DNA of 64,000 nt. Origin: a virus. Location: IMG/VR virus record IMGVR_UViG_3300029891_000001, positions 32,001-96,000 of that record, one strand, 5' to 3'. How positions within the stretch are numbered: the stretch's first letter is position 1; each line of letters opens with the position of its first letter. The notes under the pieces were generated by a model. That model saw nothing but the letters and a program-made list of their open reading frames with translations. It had not been told where the DNA came from and made no database searches. Below, piece by piece: positions 20,479 through 29,200 of this stretch. Both the position numbers and the translations under genes were made by a program.

Positions 20479-21000
20479 TTAAACCCTTTCTGGTTGCAAC
20501 TTGACCGAAAAAGAATCATATCTTAATTGACCTCCACTTTTATAATTAGCTTCAAAAGAGATAATTCTTGCCAATTTATATGTTTCTCCAGATATCGAAG
20601 TAGAAGCTTCATAATCCCATCTATCGAATAGATTACCAATATTATTAAATAAAATATACTGTTTTTCACCTTCATGATTTCTCAAATAAGAAACAACGCT
20701 AGAAACTAAAGTATTTTCTAAAGTAAAACTATCCCATTGTAAAATTCTTATTCTAGAATCGAATCCTGCGCTATACCAAATATTGGGGGAGTTAATACAC
20801 TCAAAATTAGTTAAATTTCTAGAATCTTGAGGGTCACAATATACCGGATTTACAGGAAATGTGATGCCATCGCTTCCATCTAAACATCTAAAATACATTC
20901 TCCCACTCGCAGTATCAGTTTCTGACTTTATAGTAAATTTAGCATAGAATTTATCAGAATACTCCGGTGTAGCTTTTCCTCTAAATTTTCCGAATACCAT
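20479..21000 (-). CDS. Distal-tail-like protein, paralog B
   Basis: Clear paralog of 25850-26281 (NP..DPQD, IRIL.WD.F, HEGEKQYI.FN, EASTS, RIISFEA.Y, K.QPE). Confidence 0.6.
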   Translation of the reverse strand: MVFGKFRGKATPEYSDKFYAKFTIKSETDTASGRMYFRCLDGSDGITFPVNPVYCDPQDSRNLTNFECINSPNIWYSAGFDSRIRILQWDSFTLENTLVSSVVSYLRNHEGEKQYILFNNIGNLFDRWDYEASTSISGETYKLARIISFEANYKSGGQLRYDSFSVKLQPERV

Positions 21001-21011
21001 AAAAATTCCTA

Positions 21012-22016
21012 TTAAAACTGTTGAAATAACTGTCTATTAAGAACGGTATCTTGATAAGCAGTGAAGGTAATCTTAGCTATTCTTCCAGTTGGAGGAGTCC
21101 CAGTGTATATTACTACACTATCTTTAGGCCATTCATTTTCTGGATAAAAAACTTGAGTTACATTATTAAAACCACCAGTATAATAAGCGATAGCTTTAAT
21201 TAAAGGAGAAAAATTCTTCAAACTGTCTCTGGCTTCTCCAAGGGCTCTATCAAGAAAATATTGATAAACAGAATCAGAAAGTTTTGGATAAAAAGCGTCA
21301 GCAAATTTTTCAGCACTTAAAGTATTATCTTGAATTTTATCAATTGTAATCGCTGCAGTACCGATTTCTGAGCTAGTAATACAACTTGCCGCCAGTTCCG
21401 AAGCACTTATAGCATTTGCCGCAATCTTGGCTGCAGTAATGGCGTCCGTACCTATCTCCGCCGCATCTAACGTGCCATTAACATTCGATAAATCGATACC
21501 CGCCTCGCCCGTAGTAGTCACATCGAGCGTCCGACTTGCCACAGTCGGTCTCAAGGCTAGCATAGTTGATTGATCTACAATCAGAGAATCGTTGTCGGTT
21601 ATCGGGTTCCATGCGTCAATATTCGCGACTTCGGCATAGATTGCCGAATCAATCAGGCCGACGGTATAATTAAAATAATGAGTCGTATATAATGTCGCTG
21701 CAAAGTCATAAGCGGAAACGATTATCATGTATTGACCATCACCGCCAGCACCGTCAATGTCCTGAAACTGGTCATGGAAAATAAGAAAAGTTCCCGATGC
21801 TGAACATTCAGCATCCCCTGAATTGTACCATGCCGAGAATAATGACGTACCTTCTTTATAAGTAACAACCTGCATTGAATCAGGCAATGCGAGAGTTCCA
21901 TCGAGATTCACAGTTTGTACTATGAAAGTCACATCGGTTGTCGGATATATATTATCAGCCTGAACAGCCAGACTACATAATATTAGAATAGCAAATAAAA
22001 TGAATAATTTTCGCAT
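21012..22016 (-). CDS. Signal-peptide protein with phage fibre-type AIT(A/S)xKI repeats (likely ATG at 22016; ORF track 22028)
   Basis: MRKLFILFAILILCSLAVQA signal peptide; GGAG SD; TLDVTTTGEAGID and AITAAKIAANAISASELAASCITSSEIGTAAITIDKI repeats. Confidence 0.7.
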   Translation of the reverse strand: MRKLFILFAILILCSLAVQADNIYPTTDVTFIVQTVNLDGTLALPDSMQVVTYKEGTSLFSAWYNSGDAECSASGTFLIFHDQFQDIDGAGGDGQYMIIVSAYDFAATLYTTHYFNYTVGLIDSAIYAEVANIDAWNPITDNDSLIVDQSTMLALRPTVASRTLDVTTTGEAGIDLSNVNGTLDAAEIGTDAITAAKIAANAISASELAASCITSSEIGTAAITIDKIQDNTLSAEKFADAFYPKLSDSVYQYFLDRALGEARDSLKNFSPLIKAIAYYTGGFNNVTQVFYPENEWPKDSVVIYTGTPPTGRIAKITFTAYQDTVLNRQLFQQF

Positions 22017-25000
22017 ATTAATCTCCAATATAAAAACTTCTTATTTTTCGAGCGCACTTTGCCGAACTGCTAGTCGGAATCCACAAAGATATTTCGTCTA
22101 TCTTAACATTTCCCTTGTAATCATCCGAATGGGGTTCACCAATGTATAAATATTCGAGTGTGTCACTTTCACCATACATTCCAAATATATTTCCAACCCA
22201 AACCGGATCGGGTGAAACTAATGGCGTTCCCGCATCGTTATAGAATATCAATGTCATAGTATCATTACGTTTTTGCATTTCGGCATAATACCATAAAGTC
22301 GTATCGTAAGTATAAGCCACATTCCAATTCCAATCAGTCGAATCCCAGACCACCCCGTCCCAAGTTCTCAGATAATTCCCGGCCTCTGGAGTCGGAACAG
22401 TATCGGGATCCATATATACCATAAAGACGGGATGAACCACATCCGGCCCGCCACCATAAGCTCTGTGGTTGTCAACATCAATGACCATCTTCCTGTGGTA
22501 ATGCCACCAGTATTCAGCACACTCAGCCCCGGAACAGGTGTCATCTGTAATGGTCAGAAAATAGACACCATTCTCAAAATAGCCACCATGAGTATCAAAA
22601 TCGGAATCGAGAGTATCTCCGGCGTCATAATTTTCAAGATCAAAATTAATACATCCCACCCGCATCCTGATCTTGTATTCATCCGGCAAGGTATCGGTTG
22701 ACCTAATGAGCGCAACCGCGCTGAATGGTGTCGAGGTTAGAAACAAATTCCCATCTGCGGCTGAAACCTCACCATTACCGAATAGTCTATAAGTCAACCA
22801 ACCGTCCGTTCCGAAAGTGTCATTAGTTGTTGTGAAATAGGTTGTATCGAAGATTTCAGAATAGAGAAGCGTCCAACCATCATCATCGAATTGAGCCGAG
22901 GCCGGTTCTTCACAAGCGGATTCCTGCGCTACGGGCCAATAGATTTGTGTCAGCCAACTAGCAACGGAGTCCTTGAACTCTAAATACCACATTGCGTTGG
23001 GGTGAAGAGCATCATTATCATATTTACTTAACCTATATCCAAACGAATCATTTTGCGGGTCTGGATTTACCGTCGCATTAAAGAAATCCCATACATAAAA
23101 ATTAGGATAATTATCGGGATCGGGCAAAGTGTCTGTCATCCAAGCAATAAAATCCAACATCCGATCAAATTCATCGGCATCCATGCATGTCTGATAGAAA
23201 CTGCCATACATTACCGGAACCATTGTAAAATAAACGAACTTCTTTTCTGGATAATTAGCGGCAGAATCTCTCATTGTCAAGTACATCGCTTTATAATCGG
23301 CTAAAAGTTGATCGGTCAATCCTCCTATGCAATTAGGCGAACTTCCACGATCAGTAAGAACGAATGGATTTCCAGCAAACATAACCATATCGAAACTGGT
23401 TATATCAACAATGCTGTCGGGGTCTGCATTGGCATCGAACACCGTATCTAATAATAATGTCCCGCCCTTTATGCTGTCTTTAGACATAGAACCCTGCCAA
23501 TAAGACAATAAACTTTCCGGCGGCATCGCATGTGCAGACCAATGGTAATAATCATTATATGGCTGGGGTAACATCCACCCTGCATTGGTTCCGTTAAGAC
23601 TGTCGAATCTGGCGGTTCGCCATCCGGCATAAGCCGCCGAGGGAATAGTATTGCATCTATAATCCCACATCCATATTGTCGTATCATGGGCTTTGCCGAC
23701 ACTATCAAGAACCGACTTTAGGCCCCTACTATAAGGATATGGTGCAAGCAGAAGTGCCCCACCAATACTCATGTGCATATACATAATGGAAATATCCGTA
23801 TCCGGCGGGCCGCCGGTATTTTGTAAAACCAGAGTATCGAACCGAAGATTATTGATAAAAGACATCGTATCGATCGTAGTATCTCCATAGAGAGAAGCAA
23901 TTAGACTACATGGGAAAAATGCCGCACTGTCCGTCTCCGTCCGCGATTCATAATAGGCAGTCATTAATCCTGTTGCCCATCCATCACCATCTGTTGTCGT
24001 ATTTATAATAACTTGACCATAGGCGTTTTTAACATAAACGGAAGCACCGGGCTGAGAATTCATGTCCGCCTTCAATACCAGCACATTCAAGTTTTTCTTC
24101 ACCTTAATATCAGTCTGTCCATAAAGTGAGCTTCGCCATCTGAATCTGTCCCATGCTGTATCCGGGTCAAAATAACAATCAGTAAAGACATGACCACCAA
24201 AAGAACCACTTAAATCACCGGGCCAGGATACATACGAGACTCTGTTATGGTAGCCATTCAGCGTATCAAAGGAGATTATAGTATCCTCATAAATATCATA
24301 ATTTCTTCCACCGGGGTCATAATCTCCAAAGCCATAGGCCGCGAAATTATGCCTTATTACATTATATCTTATATGATATTGGTCTATATTTTCGTCATTG
24401 AGTAATACAAATCCGACACAATGGGTGCTGTCCCAGGTAGTAGTGGTATGCTTGATGGTGTCAATTACGATGGCCGTTATTGTGTTATGCTCAAATATTA
24501 CATTTGAATCAGGGCGGTCAAAGTGTGGAAGGATAAAGAAGCCTCCACCATTACGCCCATAAGCCTTATAATTTATCGTATCATTCACAACAAGAACGGT
24601 AATATCGTTATCGTGAACATAGACATGCTTATTGGGGAACAAATCTCCAAACTCATCGCCCCGTCTGTTCTTCATACCTTTTGCGGAGACATTAAAACCG
24701 TAATAAACGTCCCATCCGCGGTGAGAAACGATTGTATTATTACAAATTTCTACCGGATAATCGGGGTGACCCTGATTTCCCTCAAACTCGATACCCCCAT
24801 CCATTCCATAAAAATCTTCTCCGGCATGTAAATAATTATTATATATTTTTGACCCTGCGCCCCAATGGTTGGCTTGCGGGTCGCCCCCTACCATCAGTCG
24901 TGACAATAATGCAAATGAATTGGCCTGACTCTTACAAAAATTATCAGTTGGGAATGTATACATAAAATTACGGCAGTCAACCTCTACATCATTATCAAAA

Positions 25001-25750
25001 ACAAAAACCTTACCATAAAATACAATTCCCTGGCCAGGAGCGTTTACGACAGTTGTACTGCAAACCTTGAAGGCATAAGAACCAGTATCCGACATTGATA
25101 AGTATGTCGTATCCACGGAAGACAAGTGAATGACTGCGGCATCATAAGTGCATCGGTTCGTATATCCCCAAACATTACTCGTATATGTTCCCCCGTTGAT
25201 TACAATATGATTATTGTTGGTAGCATAGAATGATTTGGGTGTCGTATTCGTAAAAGTTACATCCGCCAGAGTGCTCCAGCAAGGTGCTCGTATTGCCTTA
25301 CCGTTAGAACCATATATGTAGGCAGACATATTTTCAATATAAACGCCCTCGCATCCATTAATGGCTATGCAACGGTTTGCGTTTGACAACGAATCCCCGA
25401 CATGCCTTACAAGACCATTCTTTACAATGATATTCGACATGACATTATTTTTGGGATATTTTTCACCAATCAATATTCCAAAATTACTATTCCCATTACC
25501 AGCACCGAAATCAAGCGTGTCCCCATCAAAGTCGATAAGAACATTCGAGGCATTTTTTGCGACAGCTATACCATTCGTATTAGAAACAATGCGCGAAGAA
25601 CTAAAGGTCACCGTATCTCCAGACACAAGATAATAGGGCAAATCGGCAGACCCGATCACTCTTTGAGTCGCCCCCGCCTGTCCCGCGAATATCAGTATCA
25701 GTAACACGCATAGTATATATTTAAATCTTAACATTATCACTTCCTTCGTC
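21350..25750. other. GC-richer, CpG-rich horizontally acquired cassette within the tail module
   Basis: Spot counts of 60-nt lines reach 28-34 G+C inside (variable, one line 16) versus 17 in the line just left of ~21350; frequent CCG/CGG/TCG, which are rare elsewhere. Confidence 0.75.
22018..25734 (-). CDS. Large secreted multidomain protein: parallel beta-helix-like N-terminal region, SGNH-like middle, beta-sandwich C-terminal region (likely ATG at 25734; ORF track 25752)
   Basis: MLRFKYILCVLLILIFAGQAGA signal peptide; Asn-ladder repeats (IYNNYL, ICNNTI, VHDNDI, FEHNTI); VWDFF...DALHPN resembles the SGNH DxxHPN motif. Confidence 0.65.
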   Translation of the reverse strand: MLRFKYILCVLLILIFAGQAGATQRVIGSADLPYYLVSGDTVTFSSSRIVSNTNGIAVAKNASNVLIDFDGDTLDFGAGNGNSNFGILIGEKYPKNNVMSNIIVKNGLVRHVGDSLSNANRCIAINGCEGVYIENMSAYIYGSNGKAIRAPCWSTLADVTFTNTTPKSFYATNNNHIVINGGTYTSNVWGYTNRCTYDAAVIHLSSVDTTYLSMSDTGSYAFKVCSTTVVNAPGQGIVFYGKVFVFDNDVEVDCRNFMYTFPTDNFCKSQANSFALLSRLMVGGDPQANHWGAGSKIYNNYLHAGEDFYGMDGGIEFEGNQGHPDYPVEICNNTIVSHRGWDVYYGFNVSAKGMKNRRGDEFGDLFPNKHVYVHDNDITVLVVNDTINYKAYGRNGGGFFILPHFDRPDSNVIFEHNTITAIVIDTIKHTTTTWDSTHCVGFVLLNDENIDQYHIRYNVIRHNFAAYGFGDYDPGGRNYDIYEDTIISFDTLNGYHNRVSYVSWPGDLSGSFGGHVFTDCYFDPDTAWDRFRWRSSLYGQTDIKVKKNLNVLVLKADMNSQPGASVYVKNAYGQVIINTTTDGDGWATGLMTAYYESRTETDSAAFFPCSLIASLYGDTTIDTMSFINNLRFDTLVLQNTGGPPDTDISIMYMHMSIGGALLLAPYPYSRGLKSVLDSVGKAHDTTIWMWDYRCNTIPSAAYAGWRTARFDSLNGTNAGWMLPQPYNDYYHWSAHAMPPESLLSYWQGSMSKDSIKGGTLLLDTVFDANADPDSIVDITSFDMVMFAGNPFVLTDRGSSPNCIGGLTDQLLADYKAMYLTMRDSAANYPEKKFVYFTMVPVMYGSFYQTCMDADEFDRMLDFIAWMTDTLPDPDNYPNFYVWDFFNATVNPDPQNDSFGYRLSKYDNDALHPNAMWYLEFKDSVASWLTQIYWPVAQESACEEPASAQFDDDGWTLLYSEIFDTTYFTTTNDTFGTDGWLTYRLFGNGEVSAADGNLFLTSTPFSAVALIRSTDTLPDEYKIRMRVGCINFDLENYDAGDTLDSDFDTHGGYFENGVYFLTITDDTCSGAECAEYWWHYHRKMVIDVDNHRAYGGGPDVVHPVFMVYMDPDTVPTPEAGNYLRTWDGVVWDSTDWNWNVAYTYDTTLWYYAEMQKRNDTMTLIFYNDAGTPLVSPDPVWVGNIFGMYGESDTLEYLYIGEPHSDDYKGNVKIDEISLWIPTSSSAKCARKIRSFYIGD

Positions 25751-25849
25751 AAAAGTCACTATCTCAGCATTACAAGTTTATACATTAACATTACGAACTA
25801 AGATAAAAAGAATTAAAATAATTAAATATATGAATAATTTTAATTTCAT

Positions 25850-26281
25850 TTATGGTTCCTCTGGCTGTATTTTAACAGCAAAATAATCATATTTTAAAGA
25901 ACTTCCTCTAGCATATTTGGCTTCAAAAGATATAATTCTACCAACACTATATGTAACCCCTCCAGCAGAAGTAGAAGCTTCTGACGGCCATCTACTATTT
26001 ATATCTTCTAAAGTATTAAATTTAATATACTGTTTTTCTCCCTCATGTTCTCTAAAATATCCCTCCATTTGTTTCATATAATTATCTGTTATATCAAACT
26101 TATCCCATACTAAAATTCTGATAGCATCATCAAAAATCTTTTTCTGCCATATAGAAGAACCATGTAAAACTCCTAATTCATTTATTTTAGCATAATCTTG
26201 TGGGTCATAAGTAAGTGGGTTAATTGGACAAGATAAAGAACTAGCTCCATCTGGACTTCTAAAATATACTCTAATAGACAT
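25850..26281 (-). CDS. Distal-tail-like protein, paralog A
   Basis: Immediately downstream of the tape measure; paralog of 20479-21000. Confidence 0.6.
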   Translation of the reverse strand: MSIRVYFRSPDGASSLSCPINPLTYDPQDYAKINELGVLHGSSIWQKKIFDDAIRILVWDKFDITDNYMKQMEGYFREHEGEKQYIKFNTLEDINSRWPSEASTSAGGVTYSVGRIISFEAKYARGSSLKYDYFAVKIQPEEP

Positions 26282-26289
26282 ATAAATTC

Positions 26290-29200
26290 CTATATAACAT
26301 TATATCCTCTAGTCCTTCCAACAGCTAATCCGAAATTAATATTATTTTCTATAGTTTTGATAACTGCAGTGGCTATTTCATCTGGGTTAGAATTATTCCC
26401 ATTAATAGTAATATTAACCTGATTCCCTGTCCCAAATTGACCAGAAAAAGCAGGGATGTTATATCTAGTAGGAGCATTAAATATCGCCTGATCTAATTGT
26501 TCTAAAGCTAAAGTATTTCTTTCTATAGCTCTAGTATTCTCATCTAAAGAGATAGATGATGGTTTCTCTGGTTCTTTACCCTTCCCAAATAAAGAACCGA
26601 ATAACCCGCCTATAAGACTTCCACCCAATATTCCTAAAGGCCCACCAAATATTCCCAATGATTCGAATAATGATTTACCCAAAGTAGCTTCTAATCCTGC
26701 AGGCCCAAACATTCCCCCAAAACTAGCACCTTTAAGAGCAGAAGTATTCCCTTCAAATAATCCAGCAGTTATAGCTTGCCCAAGACTGGCTGCAGCAATC
26801 GCTAAACCACTTCTTAAAGCTTTAGCACCCTCACTTAATTCTGTCTTTACTTTTTCAAAACCCTCTTCTACTTTTTCAGCAGAAGATCCTACAACACTAT
26901 CTAAATCACTAAAAGTATCCATAAGAGACATAGCATAACTAGACATTTGTCTTGATGGTACATCTGACATTTGTTTTTCTAATGATTCCATAATAGCTTT
27001 AACATATTCTTGCGTTTCTTTAAACGGTGGAATCCCTCCATATTCATCTACTCTACCAGGGCCAGCGTTATAAGCAGCTAAAGCTAATTCTAAATTTTTA
27101 TATTTGTCATATTGTTCTTTAAAATATTTAGTCCCACCCATAATATTTTGATATGGATCAAGTCTATTATCAACTCCCAAATCTACTGCTGTTTTAGGCA
27201 TTAATTGCATTAAACCTCGTGCACCTACACTAGATCCTGCTCTTGGGTCGAAATTAGATTCTCTTTTTATAATACCTTTTATTATCGCTTCTGGAACATC
27301 ATATGTTTTAGAAGCTTCTTTTATTATATCATCAAATTCGCTAGTAATTTCTTTACCAATATATTTATAGCCTAACCCAGAAGCATCTTCTTGTTTACGG
27401 GCCATCATTATTTCTCTTTGAGTAGTTAAAAAATCATTAAGCATACGCCAATATTCTGTTAAAAATCTGACATGTTCTGCCTTAAGAGCTTCTGTATAAT
27501 CCCCTATAAAACCACCAGTAGATTTTTCAAATATTTGTGCGAATTCTTGACCTAAAGTAGAAGTACCAATAGAAATATTAGATAAAGATTCTGCGAATCT
27601 AGAAGCTAATTTATCCCAATAAGCTTTTCCAACGCTATCAAACAACTTATTGAATATTTGTTTTATTTCATATATCCCTGCTTTATAATAATTTAATTCA
27701 TTTCTAACAACTTTAAGCCTATATTCAGCATCTTGTATGGCATTTCTATCTCCATCTCTTCTGGCTTCTTGTAGTTCTTTTTCTGCATCTGCTAAATCTC
27801 TATTTAATTCATATCTTTTTTCGCTACCAGTTTCTATATTCTCTGGAATAGAAGAAATAACATCTTTAACAGATTTTCTAAAAGTGTCTATACCATAATT
27901 CATAGAATCGAATATTTTAGATAATCTTATATTAGACATTTTTTCAAGAAGTTTAACCATAGATTTAAATTTGCTCTCATTGGCCTTTAAAACAGCTTGA
28001 AACTTTTCAGTAGCATCCATTTGATTCGCTAGAGAAGTCTCCATATCATATTGGGTATTGATTAATTCTTTTTCTAACTTTTCTCTAACAGAAGCTTTTC
28101 TACTTAATTTCTCATATATATTAGAAGTAAATTCTAATCCCCTCAATACAATATATTCAAGACCAGAAATATTCTGTGTTTCTAAAAATCTCTCTTTCAA
28201 TAAGTTATTTCTTTTTTTCTCTTCCTGAGTCAAATTATAAGTCAAATTAGCTAATTCTTTAATAATTTTTCTTTCGCTACTTAAAGCCTGTAAACTAGAT
28301 TGAATAATTATTAATTCCCTATCTAATGAATCAATACTATTTTCTCTATCTGTAGCAATCTTCTCATATAACTCTGGATAATCTAAAAGAAATTTTTTCA
28401 TTTCTTCATCAGAGGTATCGTCTTTTAATTTAGTTATAGTTTCATTATAAAGAGATTGTTTTTTAGTAAGATCATCAATAGTATTCCCAATTTCTATTTG
28501 TATCTCAAGAGCAGTTTTTAATTGATCTATAGATTCTTTACCAAAAAATTCTAATTGATCTGCAACCCCCGTCCCGAACGGAGAAGTTTTTTGTAATTTA
28601 ATAAATTGATTATATAAATCTTTTGCACTTTCTTTAAGTCCTTTAATTTTATCTTGAATTGCTATTATTTCTTTAGATGGAGCTTGGCCAATTTTCCATT
28701 CTTTATCACCTAGTGGTTCAATTTCAAAAAGGCTAACAATTTCGTCTTGTAACTTCGTTATGTCACTTCGTATTTCAGTATCTTTTAACGTAATCTTCCC
28801 AAAAATACCAGCAATGGAATTTCTAACATTTAATGCAGCTTCATTAACCATCTTAGTTGTAAATTCTACAAACATACTAGGAATTTTACTTTTATCTGGT
28901 TCTTTTTCTAAAACCATTAAAAGATCAATATAAGTATTTATAACTGCATTTAATTTACCTGTAATTTTTTCTGAATCTATAAAACCTAAAAATTCTTCTT
29001 TCTGTTCTTTGGTTATTTGCTTTTCGTCTTCCATCTTATCAAACATTTTTTCTATTTCTTCTATAACTAAATTCGATTTCATTTTAATAGAAGACAAATT
29101 AAGTTGAAATTTAGTTAATATATCCATACTGTCTTCGCCAAATAAATCTGTAAAAGATCTTTTAGATTTTTTTAAACTATAAGTATATTCTCCAATTTTA

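Noticed and set aside
21350-25750. Cassette as a transposon or IS element
   Set aside because: No transposase or integrase, and no terminal inverted repeats or target-site duplication detected by eye
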